A DNA stretch of 64,000 nt from Proteromonas lacertae (GCA_002245135.1 NGBS01000317.1:1-64000); one strand, 5' to 3'; numbered from the stretch's first letter, positions 39,726 through 54,234 are shown. The notes: a model not told the origin generated them from the sequence alone. Numbers and translations are program-made.

Positions 39726-42324
39726 TTAATAACAGGGTTTTGTTAAGTCTTCTAAAGCATCTTGTAAAAAACTAACATTTGGAACATAATAAGATGCATG
39801 TGTTTTATTTCGACCTACTAAACACGTTATACAGTGTTGATTACCTGCTTTTTCTTCATGGAAATTCTCAAAATCACCATAATTTCGTTTCTTCAAATAT
39901 TCACCTAAATAGTTAAATATTGGTTCATCACAAGCATCATCTCCTACTGCAAATATAAAAGCAGGATCCATATCATTACTGATAGAATGATATTTCTTTA
40001 TTATTTCTTTGATTATTAATCCTCGATTAAAACCTAATGGAGTTACACAAACTGCTCCTATTTCTCGAGATATTTCCACTCCTTGACCTTCTAAGGCTTC
40101 TTCTAGTTTGTCAACTAAACTATCAGCTTGAAATTTACCCCACTATAGTATATAAATATATATAAATATATATACTTCTGGATCAGTGAATTGAATATCC
40201 CATCTCAATTGATGAGGATTATTATCTATACTACTTCCATTCGTTAATAATGTATATCTCTTCATTATTTGTAATGTTATTGATTTCCATCCACTATCAT
40301 CATGACTATCATATTTCAAGTCTTCCCATTCTCTATCTCCTTCATCTAAATCACTTGGCCAACTGATACTATTACCACCATCAGCTACTAAACCAATACT
40401 GTGGAATTTACCAAATATACCATCCATAAATTGCTTTGTACTTCCACTAATAATGAACAACATATTATCTTTTTCATCAGCTAAGGTTTTAATAGCTTTA
40501 ATCATCTCAGTTCTATTAAATATAATATAATATAATTATACTTTGGTATTTTATTCAAAGTAAACCAAAAGTCATGTTTTACATCAGTTTCGAAGTGTTC
40601 TTTCTCTGCAATAGTTCCACCATAATCTAATAAGAATAATCTAGTTTTACTCTGATGATAACATTTCTTTAAATACACTGTAGATAATAAAGGAATATTG
40701 AATTCAGCTGGGATTAATGAATCGTTTTGTATTACTTTTGGAGTGACAAGTTTACATCGTTTTAAATCTTTCATTACTTGAAGTGACCAATCTGATAGTG
40801 TTTTAGCTAAAATGGAGTTATAATCTCTTAGATGTTTTGCTTTTCTATCTTCATAGGATGATGTTAAAGCTTCACATAGTGTTTGTTGAATCTATTTCAA
40901 TATATATAAATAAATATATACTTCATCATAATTCCAAGGATTAATTCTCAATGCACCATTTAGGAATGAACAACTAGTAGAATATTCACTCAATATAACA
41001 ACACCAGGTTCTTTATTCCTACAGAATATATACTCCATATGATGTAAATTCAACCCTTCTCTAATAACACAATCTAAGAATATATCACTCATTAAATAAT
41101 AACTAATTCTCTCCTTCAATGGTAATAATGATCCTTGACACATCTTTAAATGAACACTATCTGGGAATTCTCTATTAATTCTTTTACATATTACTTCTAT
41201 TTCTCTTACAGCGAATTCTTGTATTTGTGGCCTTACTTTTAATGATCTAGGTCTATATACAACTATGAATAAACACACTTTGCCTTGTTCCTTAGGACTT
41301 TGTTTTAAGAAATATTCAAATCCTTGTAGTAATAGAGGAATTCCAGAGTTTCTAGATAGATCTTCGATTGATAAGATGCACTTCTTTCCTTTGGCTATTT
41401 CCTTTAATTCATCTCTCTGTTTGAGTACTTCAGGTAATTCTAAGTATTCTCTAACTCTGTGTGTATCAATTCCAGTATGTGTTTGTGTAATAACAACTTG
41501 TCTATTTTGGAATTGTAATGTTAAATTACCATCCATACTTGTACCACTTTGTAAACCTAATAATCTCACACAACCAGCTAAGAAATGACGTGCATGAATA
41601 AAGCTGTGGAATCCTACTAGATCAGCGGATAATAATCCTCTCAATATTCTACGTCGTGATGGTAAGCATCTTAACACTTCATAGGTTGGCCAGGCTGTAT
41701 TAATATAGTGTATAATGAGAGGATGAAAGTTGGAAATATCACAGTAAGATAGATATTGATGAGGTGTATTACAACCCTATAATAATAATAATTAATGATA
41801 ATAATATATATATATACTGATTCATTAGATGATAATTCACTATCTTCATCTTCTTCTGCAACTTCACATATTTCTCCCAATTGACAACACTTTGGTGGAG
41901 GTATTACAAAGTCATTACCATCCATTGATAATCTTCTAACTAATCTTCTACCTTTATAATGATTATTATTATTATTATTACCACTTGAACCAAATGTAAA
42001 TACACCACCATTATTATTACTAGAAGTATGTTTTGGTGATGATTCACTCTTTGTTAAATCAAATACTCTCTTCTGTACAAATTGTTGTTGACCATTCTTC
42101 GGTGTAATAGGAGTACCACCACTACCACTACCAGGACTATTATCTTCACTTGTATTAATATATTTCCTTAATTCATAGGGTAATAATAATAATTGATAAT
42201 CATCACACCATATCATCGGACTATGATCTCCATAGAGATTCTTCTTTTTACAGAATTTGACAACTTCATCTGCAAAACATGCATTTACTTCACGATATGC
42301 TTCCCAATAATCAGGTATATGTTC

Positions 42325-42355
<31 letters not shown>

Positions 42356-43818
42356 CTTTCAGTGTCATGAAAATCATTACTTTTACCATCAACAGTTACA
42401 GTATCATAAACAGTTAAAATGTTATGAAGAATAGGGAATAACACTTGTTTACAATAACCATAATAATAATCTTCTTCAGTATGTGGATCTAGATAAATTG
42501 GAATACATTTAAAATCATTATATAATAACTGTTCTAATGCATTTTTACATTCATTATTGTCTTTGATTAAATCACTTACTTTGTTTGTATCTGTTAGATT
42601 GGCACATCTTAGATTATTCACTGTACCGATGTAATACACTGTACTCACTGTATTTAGACCTTGATAGGAAGGAGCCATGAAATTCTATTAAAAGAAAATA
42701 AGTAAGAAAAAATATATAAATAATAATAATAAATAAATAAACAAAACATATTATATATACTTCTTCATCCCATTTTACTTTCCACTGATTATTCTCATAA
42801 TCAATAATAAGAGGTAATCTATAAGTAGCAATAATCAACACATCATCTTTCTTAATTAAGTCATCTTCATTCGAATTAAGTATATTCTGTAGTCTTTGTG
42901 ATTCTGTTGTTTTTACTGATGAATTTGATGTGGTTGGTTTTAATACTTTTGATCTGGGAGTTGCTACATTTGAATCAGTAGAATAATCATTGGGAGAAAG
43001 TGGAATTGAGATTTGTTTTTCTTTTGTTACATATGTATCAATTAATAATATCAATTGATTCTATATATAATATATATAATATAGATAATAATATACATGT
43101 TCATTCTTTGGAGTGAATTCTCTTGGTCGATCAATAAATTCATATGATTGAAAGATTCCTCCTGAAAACTGTAAGTATCTATATTTAAATGGTGAATCTC
43201 TACTTACTACTACTGGTTTCTTTGTCTTCCAGATGGGATATAGCTCTGGAGTGGTATACATTCTTAAAGCATCGTGAGGTGTAAATGAACCTAATGCCCA
43301 TAAATCTCCACATACAGATATCTATATATAATCATAATATATGGGTTTATACTGTAACTCCTGCTTCTACTGGTGCATATACTGAAAACATAACTCTTGT
43401 GTATTGTTTGGGAGTTTCTGGTTTTCTAGCACTATTGAATAAGATGACAATAATGGTTATACTCTTTAGAAATCTTAATTACAGAATGTGCTGATCCATC
43501 ATCCAAATCTTCAGTCTCATCTACAGAATCATCTAAGCAGATTTTGTTATTTACAATGAAGTAATATGCATGACGACCAGGGGGTAGTTCTTTAGCTCAG
43601 TTCGTATAAGCCATCGCCTCTAGCAATGCAAACAGCATATATACCTATTATGCAATATATCACTTGTTTTGTTCCAATTATTGAATGAACCAACTACTGA
43701 TATGTTAATATCTTTCGAATCTCTATTAAAAAAATTAATTCCAAGCATACAATGGTTTATCTCGAGAATTTGGATATAAATATCGAAAAATCACGGTTTG
43801 ACCTAATACTTCAGTCAT
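39726..43818 (-). CDS. CBM48-CBM20-trehalose-6-phosphate synthase/phosphatase-like protein
   Basis: VVGSFNNW...LPPGRHAYYFIVN (CBM48); VCGDLWALGSF...YPIW (CBM20); YYYGYCKQVLFPILH, ADLVGFH, REGLNL, LSEY and INPWN (GT20); FLLDYGGT, ISGS and VGDDACDE (HAD/TPP). Confidence 0.9.
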
Positions 43819-43880
43819 GTTAAGCAAAAAAAAAGATTGTGAGGCTTAAATATAAAGAAAGCTCAAATTAAGCTGTAAAT

Positions 43881-43898
43881 TCAAGCCGACTCTCAAGC
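43881..43898 (-). promoter_or_regulatory. Tandem GCTTGA/TCAAGC motif (representative copy of a candidate promoter element)
   Basis: TCAAGC at 43881 and 43893 in a divergent intergenic gap. The motif recurs at 6736, 6757, 18068, 25364, 25377, 30160, 53162, 53194, 54327, 62463 and 63144. Confidence 0.55.
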
Positions 43899-43988
43899 CA
43901 GAAAATTCAAAAAATTTAAATTTAGTTTTTAAACTTGTTGTTCTAAAGAGAACCTTTGAAGTAAATTAATATTTTTAAAAACATTTTT

Positions 43989-44897
43989 ATGAATTGTGTT
44001 CATCAAAATAGCTATAATACGGCCGTGACTATTTTAATGAAAAATTCACTTGAAACAAAAGACAATTCTGTATAGCTCATAGAATCATTATAATCTTATA
44101 GTACGATGAAGACATAGTAAAAGGAGCAGATATATATCCTGCACCAGTTAGAAGGTATTTTGAATCATCCATAATATTTATAGCACAACACCTGAAAAGT
44201 TTATGTCATTTCGTATAAGCTACAAATATATTAATTCTGTCTAGATAAAATCACAAATATACCAACATCAACAAACATCATAACTCCAAAACCAGAAGCA
44301 AAATCTGTATTATAATATTAGATGTTTATATATATTGTATTCATAGATGAAATCACAAATAACTCCGCCATTCGAAAGATTGTCACCCACCTCTGAAGAA
44401 TACAAATACAATAACAACATAGGAAGAAGAACACCTGGTCGTATATTTATAGTATTATATAAAATACAATAGCTGCTAGATCACTATGGAGCAAATTAAG
44501 TTCGGAAGATGCTAAAGAAGAAGAGAATATAATAAATGGAGATGCAAATGATCGTAGTTTTACCACAAACTGTGAAGATAGTCCACAAAAAGACAATAAT
44601 CGAGTAAATGTCACTAATCACTTTAACAGTGCAGGTAATAGTGTTAATAATGGTGGTGATAATACAAGTAGTTGTAGTTGTAACACATTAAGTGGATGTG
44701 AAAGCAATGGTAACTTAAATATGAATAATCCACTGATTAAATCATATCCTCCTCCTAATCGTAAGTCATCTTTAGATGACTATAGACTAAACAATATCAA
44801 TAACAATAGAAGAAGTGGAAGTTATGATTATACTAATGAAGTGTCATTAACTCCAAATTCATCACCAACTAATAGCAGTGTCAGTTCATCCTCTCAT

Positions 44898-44933
<36 letters not shown>

Positions 44934-47900
44934 TATGATGTTGTTAATAGTTTACCTGTTAGTCAATCATTAGCACCACCACAGTTTACTAAATCTCCTA
45001 ATACCTCACCAATGATGCATCCTTATAGTAATACACAGAGTATAATCAATAGCAGTGGTAATGGTAATAGTATATCAATGATGGGATATACACAACAACA
45101 ACAACCATCACCTTTATCATTATCATCATCAACACCAACTCTGACTAGTTCAACTACATCAACACCAGCTACACTATCACAACAACAACAACAGTATATG
45201 TATCAACCATCACCATCACCATCATCATCAACAACAACAACAACAACTTCACCACCATTAAATGCAGTTCAACAACAACATACACCAGATATGATGAACT
45301 ATTGTGATTATTATTATTATAATCCAATCCCTGAAGAAGATTATTATTCCAATTACAATAATAATAACAATAATAATAATGGTAATGGTATTGCTATGCA
45401 ATATATGTATGTTCCAGCTTTACCACCTCCAACATTAGTACCAATTCAATTATTAGGAATACCTTTACCAGCTCCATTACAACCATTACTTCCACATAAT
45501 CAAATGAATTATCAACCACAACCATCGAATAATAATAATATATCATCTTCACCTTCTTCATCATCAGCATCATCATCAATATATCAATCCAACAATATAT
45601 CATCAAAAGCAACTAGTATTCATAAATCACAAAGTAATATAACAACTTCATCATCATCATCAACTACTACTACAACAACACCAATATTATATTCCAATAT
45701 AGTTGCAGGTAATACTCCTAATAATCATCCAATGATTAATACATCGAATTTATTACCTGGATCATCACCACCTACATTATCTAATAATAATAATAATAAT
45801 AATCTACTAACACCTGATACTAGCAACAGTAGTAGTGGAAATGGTAATAATCATAATCATACAAACAGTGTTAGTTGTAGAAATCAACCAACATTAAAAC
45901 CAATATTGAATGAAAGAAGTAATTATGGAAATAATAATAATAATAACACAAAACCAAATTCAGCTAAAGCAAAGAAAGTGAAGTTTTCCACTAAGAATTT
46001 CTCCAGTGAATTTAAAGAGTTACAGGAAGAATATGATTATAATAATGTATTAATAAAAGTAAAGTCAAAAATACAGCAATATCCTACTGATTATTTATAT
46101 AAAATATATTGTGAAATTGCAGATTATTGTAAAAGAGAAAATCAATTTGAAGATGCAAAGATCTATTTTGAAACGTATATATTTTTATTTATATATATAA
46201 ATAGATCTATTAAATACAATCCAAATTCCTATACAGCTTGGCTTGAGTATATAAAAATGGAAGAAGAATTAGGTAGATATGAAGAATGTACCAACATAAT
46301 AATAAGGGGTATTCAACACTGTGAAGATAATGAAAACATCCTAATAAAAGGATTAAAACTATTTGATAGGATAAAAGACTACACCAATTTTACAAGAACT
46401 ATTACAATATATTCCACAGATAGGTTCAGAGCAGTGTTGGAGGTGTATAGTCGAAGGTGGTTTAGTAGAAGCGAAATTAGGTCATTATAATAAAACCAGA
46501 AAGATTTTTACATTCTTGTTACACAATTTTAATTGGTTAAATCAAATATACAATGATTACGTTGAGTTTGAAGAAAGATTATTGAATATTGATATTGCTA
46601 ATGACATAGCTACTACTGGAATAACAAAAATACCATTATATGGTCCACTATGGTTTTCAGCTATCAGAATTAAATATAAATTAGAGTATAAGATGAATAA
46701 TATTGATGACTATGAATATCCTTATATTGAACTAACTAAATTACCATCCACTATGTTACTGTATGAAGAAGCACTGAGTAATATACCGAATGAATTATCA
46801 TGGAAATTATACTATGAGAAAGCAAGAATGGATGAATATATATATAGATCTATACTATACAATAACCAAGAGAATAATAATAGAATATTAGAATTTAAAC
46901 ATTTTGAACAGTATATTATAAATATAATTAGAAAGTCATATTTAAGAAGTATTTGTTATTGTAATAGTGACTCTTTGAAATGGAAGATATTACAAGGTGG
47001 TGCAAGAACTGAAATGATATTTAATAACTATAATAATGCAATGAAACTTATATTAAGATCATTGAATGATAGTCCATCTAAATCTAGATCTTTGATATTA
47101 ATTGATCAAAGTAGAATTGAAGAGTTAAATGGCAATTCAAATGAGTGTTATAACATATTATATAAAGAAATAAAATTAACATCAAGTGAATGGAAGTTGT
47201 ATTATGAATTAATTACTTTTTATATGAGAAGAAATGATAAGAAATTGGCTTTAGAAATGTGCAAAGAAGCATTATCCATACATATGGGAAGTGGAAGATT
47301 ATGGAGTTTGTATATTGAACTAAATAATGAGAATATATATAAACAATTTGAATATGTTAGAAATGCTATTAATATAGTACCTAAATCAGGTGAAGTATGG
47401 TGTGCTGCTGCTCGATTACATATGAATCCTTATAATTTGTATTTTGATCCTATTACAGCTCAAAAATATTTAGAATATGCTGTATTATTTACTCCTCAAT
47501 GTGGCGATAGCTTTTTAGAATGCTTGAGACTGACTATGATACTTCAATTATCGACTATTTGTACTGAGGTTGAGAATTGTGAGGATAAATCGTATATCAA
47601 ATCGTTAGTTAGACGTTTTAATACCAGTGGTATTGAACAACAGTGTTTGAACTCTAATCCAAATTATGGCTCATTATGGTTTTATTTCAAAGAAGAATAT
47701 TATGACTCTCCATTAAATGTCATAGAAAGTGCAAAAAGAGCATTGATTGACACATTGACTGAGAAATGCCATGATTATATAAATGCACTTAATAGATACT
47801 TTGGATTACCTTCAAAACCACTTAAAAAGATAGATATACCGGAACAAATTGAATTATTTCCTGGATTATCTTCTTTTGTTATTAAGCCTTTACCACCTTA

Positions 47901-47964
47901 TAACAAGTTACCTCTCAAACTACAACATAAATTGTTGTTTGATAGTGATATTTTAACACCTTAA
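43989..47964 (+). CDS. HAT/TPR-repeat protein with a long N/S/Q/P low-complexity N-terminus
   Basis: AWLEYIKMEEELG, YGPLWFSAIR, SGRLWSLYI, VPKSGEVWC and PNYGSLWF. Spliced from ATG 43989; +1 break in a T-run near 46389. Confidence 0.8.
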
Positions 47965-48076
47965 ACAGTATTATATCTTATATTTGAAAAGTATTTTTGA
48001 TTTTTTAATTGTTTGGGGATTTTGATATGAAAAATTTTGAATAACCAATTTTATGAAAATATAAAATTTAGTTTTA

Positions 48077-50053
48077 ATGAGTAATAACCCACCGCCTAAT
48101 AATCCTTATCCAACTGTGAATAACATGCAACCAATGTGTATATATTTGAATGTTTAAATAATAAAAATAGATCCTTATCAGTATTATACCTCACCTTACC
48201 CTCAAACTACTGTACAAGCTACATCTACAAATCCAACAGCTGCAGTTAGTCAGACACAATACACAGGAACAATCCCAGCAACTACAACAGCAACAAATTC
48301 TATGTACTCTAAGTATTATAATCTCATAATATCAAAATAAATAGTGTACAAGCTCAGCAGTATGCTGCATATAATTATCCATATCAATATTATAATTACT
48401 ATTATCCACAGTATTATGCAAATATGCCACCTATGACATCCACATACACAACAGCTAGTACTACCACTCCTGCTGCTGCATCAACTGCAACCACTACTGC
48501 ATCTACACCTAATTCAACTACTAATCCATCTACAACAGCCACAACAGAAAAGAAAAAGCCAGTAGCAGCTACTAAAATAGGTAATGATGTAATTCCAACA
48601 TTTTCAATGTTAAGTTACAGGCAAGAACCTACTAGAAGACCAAATTCAATCAATTTTTTCCTTGAAAATCAATCCGTCAGAACATCATCATTTTTAACAA
48701 CACCAGCACTGTATAAAATATAAATAATTGTTATTATCTCATTTAAAATAGATTTAAAGAATCACTCGATGATGAAGAAGAAAAAGAAAAAGAAAAAGGC
48801 AAAAATAAAAATGAGAATGACGATTCAAATACTGCAATAAAAAGACAAGCCAAATCACGTTTTGATGATGCTCCAATGGAAGACCAACCACCTACTAAAG
48901 TACAAAATACAGCTAATACAAGCATCAATCCATTTGCGTCACTTAATAATAATAATAATAATGATCCATTTTCAGCAAAACAAAATTATATACCAATGTT
49001 CAATACAACTACATTTGTTAATAATAATAATAATAATAACAAATATAATCCATTACTACAGAAAACAAAGAATTTAAAGACAGTATTAGATGATAAAAAG
49101 ATGGTGGAAAGAATGAAAAGATTTCAACACAAAACAGAATCTACAATTAAAGCTCCATCATATATGATTACCCAATCAAAAGAGGAGAAAATAGATGAAG
49201 AATTTGGTGGAATAATTGTACAAGGCACTTCACAATCATTAGAAAAAGAATATTTACGTTTGACAGGACCGCCAGATCCGACAACCGTCAGACCGGAGGC
49301 TGTATTAAAATTAGCATTAACAAGAGTAAAAAAGTTATGGAAATTGAAAGAGAAAGAATATTTGTATATATGGAATCAGTTAAAGTCAATAAGACAGGAT
49401 ATGATGGTACAACACATTAAGAATAACTTTACTATTGACGTATATGAATGCCATGCAAGGATTGCACTTGAAGCAGTATAATTTATATAATTAACAAAAT
49501 CTTTATATATTTTATTGAATAGAATGATATAAATGAATATAATCAATGTCAAACACAACTATTTTCACTGTATAAAGAAGGTTTTAGTGGAAATGTAAAT
49601 GAATTTATAAGTTATAGAATTTTGTATTTCTTAATAATTCGTTCTACATCAGAAATGCATTCCTTATTATCTTCACTGACGGAAGAGCAAAGAAAAAATG
49701 AATTAATTATTCATTCTTTGAAAATTAGACATTCTGTTATAAGGAACGATTATATATCATTTTTTAAATTGTATAAGAGTGCAGAATTTCATGTACAGTG
49801 TTTATTGAAGGATTTATATAGATCTGTTCAAATTAACAGTCTTATAACGATATGTCATTGTTATAGGCCTTTAATAGGAATTGATTATATATGTAAAATA
49901 ATAGGATATGAATCTTTGGATAAATGTATAGAAGATTTGAGGAAATTAGAGTGTATATTTGATGATGATAAAAAACCAGAAAATCTAAAAACAAAGGAGT
50001 CTTTGACTAATTTATTGAAAAATAATGATAGACCTAGTAATTCTTTATTATAA
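48077..50053 (+). CDS. SAC3/GANP/THP3 family protein (LENG8-like)
   Basis: IVQGTSQSLEKEYLRLTGPPDPTTVRPE, QLKSIRQD, VYECHARIALE and EYNQCQTQL. Confidence 0.92.
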
Positions 50054-50057
50054 TCAT

Positions 50058-50065
50058 TGTTTGTT
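50058..50065 (+). terminator. TGTTTGTT 3'-end/polyadenylation-associated motif
   Basis: Lies 4 nt after the TAA at 50051-50053. The same octamer occurs at 23893 downstream of the MFS gene. Confidence 0.5.
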
Positions 50066-50134
50066 TAGTGATATTTTGTGAAAAATTCAAAAAAAATAGA
50101 AAGATTTGGCTTGCCAAGAAAACACAAAAAAAAA

Positions 50135-51630
50135 ATGGGTAGAAGGATTGGGAAATATGAAGTAGGGAAGACTTTAGGTGAAGGTACATTTGGAAAGTAT
50201 ATTTAGGTGCTTTATAAATTATAGAGTGAAATTTGCTGTTAATACAGAAACTAACGAAAGTGTAGCAATTAAAATTCTTGAGAAAGAAAAAATTCAAAAG
50301 CAGAAAATGGGCGAACAGATAAAAAGGGAAATTTCGATTTTGAAGTTGATTAGACACAAATATATAGTAAACTTAATAGAAGTGTTAGCAAGTCCTTCTA
50401 AGATATTTATTGTCTTAGAATTAGTTACAGGTGGTGAATTATTCGATAAAATAGTTACTTTAGGTAAATTAGATGAAGCCACAGCTAGGTATTACTTTTT
50501 ACAATTAGTTGAAGGTGTAATGTACTGTCATAGTCAAGGAGTATGTCATCGAGACTTGAAACCAGAAAATTTGTTGTTAGATGATAAATTAAACCTAAAG
50601 ATATCAGATTTTGGTTTATCATCCCTAACAGGTGTAAATAATTCAGAAGATAAAACACACACCAATCCATCATCTTCATCAATAGATACATCGAATGGAA
50701 ATTCACAGAGTATTGAGTGTGACAACAGTGCGTCCACATCCTCTTCATCATCTACAATACTACTGCATACTACATGTGGAACTCCTAACTATGTAGCTCC
50801 AGAAGTTCTACTTGATAAAGGATATGATGGTAAATTGGCTGATATATGGTCAATGGGTGTTATATTATTTGTATTGTTGTCAGGCTATTTGCCATTTGAT
50901 GAACCAAATATGACAGATCTGTTCAAGAAGATAAGTGTAGCAAATTACACTTTTCCTGTCTTTATGTCAGAAGATGCACAAAATTTAATCAAACACATAT
51001 TAAATCCTGATCCTAGTAAAAGGTATAGTTTGAAAGATATACTCAACGATCCTTGGATGAGAAATGAAAGCGTAAAGTCGTTTCCACTTGATTTTAATGA
51101 TTCTAAGGAAGGTGTAAAAATGAATAAAACACCCTCAGAATTGCAAATTAAAAATGCAATAAGTGATATTAATTTAGAAGAGAGTAAAACACATAAAAAA
51201 CACAATTCTATTATAAAACTATCTACTTTTGAAGTAGTAAGTTTATTTGGAAATGTAGCTCTCAATAGGATGTTATTAAAAGAAAATCCACAATTTGCAA
51301 AGAATGTGTATTTTACTACTACTAATAAGCCAAATATAATTGTAGATCTATTAAATAAAACAGTTAATGAAATGCTTAACTGTTCAATTGTTGAAATTAA
51401 CTCTTTATCCTTTAAAGTATGTTTTTATTGTTATTATTATATTTTAGTATAACATTAATGTAGAAGGCACAAGATCAGTGACTATTATCTTTCAAGTTTA
51501 TGAGATTTGTGATGATTTGTATTTGATTGAGTTATCTAAAGGAAAAGGGGATATATTAGAATATCAGAAAGTGTATGATACTATCAAATCGTCTTTGCTT
51601 GTGAAATTTTCCAGATATTCATGTTGTTGA
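50135..51630 (+). CDS. SNF1/CIPK-like Ser/Thr kinase
   Basis: [36 protein letters not shown] and [12 protein letters not shown]-like LSTFEVVSL and C-terminal [10 protein letters not shown]. Exact stop is uncertain. Confidence 0.92.
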
Positions 51631-51758
51631 AAGCCAAGACAAATTAGTTTAGATGTATTAAAGGATAATATAATCATAGTTGATTTTTTTGTATTTTGTG
51701 TGTTTTTGTATGTCATTAATATTAAATAATTAGTGAAATAAAAATATTATCTTATTTG

Positions 51759-53115
51759 TTAAAACTTACTATTTAGATTACTAGAGTTTAATGTATTGGA
51801 TATAAATTGATATGATGGTGTAGCTAATAGTGTATTTAATCTAGGATAATCATTTCGAGGAGGTAATGTTGGAGCTAATAAAAAATAAAAGAATAAAATA
51901 ATATTATATACGAGGTGGAGCAATAGGTTGTGGTTCTTCATAATAGTTACTATTGTTATAATGCTTTGTACTTCCATATTCTGAGGAATGACTTCTTGGT
52001 GAATATACTGATGGAGATTGAACTGTATTTTTATTATTATTATCAGTAGACATATTAACAGATCTATTAACATTAGTATAATTACTGTTATTATTATTAT
52101 TATTGTAATTTCTACTTGCAAACTTATACCTATCTAATATTTCTTCTTTCATTTGTTTTTCTTGTTGTATCTGTATTGAATATTGTAATACTCTGTTTTC
52201 TGATTTACAGTGTGTTAATTCTTTCTTTAATAATTCATTCTCTTTTGTTGCTGCTTGTAATTTATCAGCTAGTTTTACCATTTCTACTGATTGAGAAGTA
52301 TTCATTAAATCACTTTTAATATATTTCTGTGATATATGTAAAAGTTGTATTTCATCTTTTAAGTTATTATTCTCTAATTTAACAGCATCTAATTCTTTTA
52401 GCACATTTTGTAATTCGCTCTATATACATCATATTAATACACTGATTATTATTATTATTATACATTTATATCAATAACTTGTTTTTCTACTGCTTGCTTA
52501 TCTTCAATCAATTGCTGCTTCTCTTGTAAAAATGACTGTTCTTTTTCTTCAACTGTATTCATTTGTCCTTCTAAATAAGAAGTGTGATCTAATAAATCAT
52601 TATATTGATTTGTTATTTGATTTAATTGCTGTTGATACATATTCTGTAATTGCATAACTTCTTTTTGCAATTCTTGTTTCTCTTGATTGTAATTCATTAC
52701 CAAATTTTCACTGTTTCTTTTTTCTTGTTTTAATTCTAATTGGGTTTCTGATAGTTGATGTTTGAGATTCTCTATATCATTTCCCATTTCTGTATTTTGC
52801 TTTAAATATGCTTCAACCTTGCATTCAACTAATACTGACAATACATTCAATCCACGGTGAATTCTACTAACTATATCTGGATCTGCATTTAATCTTAATA
52901 TTTCTTTTAAGATTTCAGGAGGTATCTATTGGTATTATATATTCATACATACTTCAGATCTTGGAAATACTTTTTTATGAGTATCTTCTATCTTCTCAGC
53001 GATAGAAAACAGAATATCATTAACTGTATGTTGATAATCCTCTCCATCATTATATCCACCCTAAAACATTAATAATAACATATCATACAGTCTCTACTAA
53101 TAGATTATCATTCAT
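51759..53115 (-). CDS. Coiled-coil hypothetical protein
   Basis: E/Q/K heptad-rich ORFs 52458-52850 and 51904-52404 joined by short introns; ATG at 53115. Confidence 0.7.
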
Positions 53116-53202
53116 TATTGGCAAAAATAAGAAATATAACAGCTAGTTTATCAAACTATTGGCTTGATTTCTTTTTTCTTTTTCTGCTTTTGCGCTTGAT
53201 AT

Positions 53203-54234
53203 ATGAAGTTTATAGCGATTCTAATAACATTTTTTTGTTGTAAATGTATAAGACAAGATAAAAATAGTGATGAAGTAGAAAAATTCCATTATATTGAGAT
53301 TGGAGCTCGTGTGGTGAGAGGTGATGATTGGAAGTGGAGTAATCAAGATAATCATCAGGGTGGAACAGTTATAGATATAAGACCATGGGAAGGTGAAGAA
53401 TCAAGAACAAGAGTTGCTGTACAAGTTAAATGGGATAATGGAAATATAAATAGTTATAGATGGGGAGCTGAAGGTGCATATGATTTAAAAGTCATAAAAA
53501 ACCCAACTCATTTCGAAATTGAAGAAGCAAGTATATATTTATTCATATTTGTGATATAGAGAAATTAAAACCGAAAAGAGAATCGTATGAGCCATTACCT
53601 AAAGAAGAATTAAAAGCACTTTATGATTTTTATTATTCATTAAATGGCAATAATTGGTTGGATAATAAAGGATGGTTAAATAGTGATCCTTGTAAAACAG
53701 ATTGGACTGGAGTATTATGTATAAAGAATCATATATTTGGAATGTAAGTTATTTTATTTATTTTATTACTTTTTAATAGATCTTTACCGAATAATAAATT
53801 GATTGGAAGAATTCCAGATTCAATATCATTATTATCACATTTATCTACAATATATTTACCTTACAATAAGATCCAATCACCATTACCTTCTACATTGAAA
53901 GATTTGATTAATTTACGTTGGTTATCCATAGCTAATAACAATTTGACAGGTAATTTGCCAATTGAATTATCTAGTTTACCTTTGGAGTGGATTGAATTGA
54001 ATCATAATAAATTTACTGGTAAAATACCACGAGAATTGGGTGAAATTAAGACATTGAAGACGTTATTGTTGAATAATAACAAATTAGACCCTCCTATTCC
54101 TGATGAATTCTTTAACCACAATAATTTAACTCAATTGTATATTAGTATTATAAATATATCATTATAGAGGAATTCAAGGGAATCCTAGACTTAATCAGTA
54201 TGTAGGAAGAGAATTGAAGAATAAAAGAAAGTAA
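53203..54234 (+). CDS. Signal peptide + MIB/HERC2 domain + plant-type LRR protein
   Basis: IGARVVRGDDWKWSNQD...GTV...VQVKWDNGNINSYRWGAEGAYDL (MIB/HERC2); DPCKTDWTGVLC cap; LxxNxLtGxIP repeats. Confidence 0.88.

Noticed and set aside
44898..45960. (AAC)n/(AAT)n/(TCA)n arrays as a repeat element or CRISPR-like array
   Set aside because: They are in-frame poly-N/S/Q/T coding tracts with no repeat-spacer structure.
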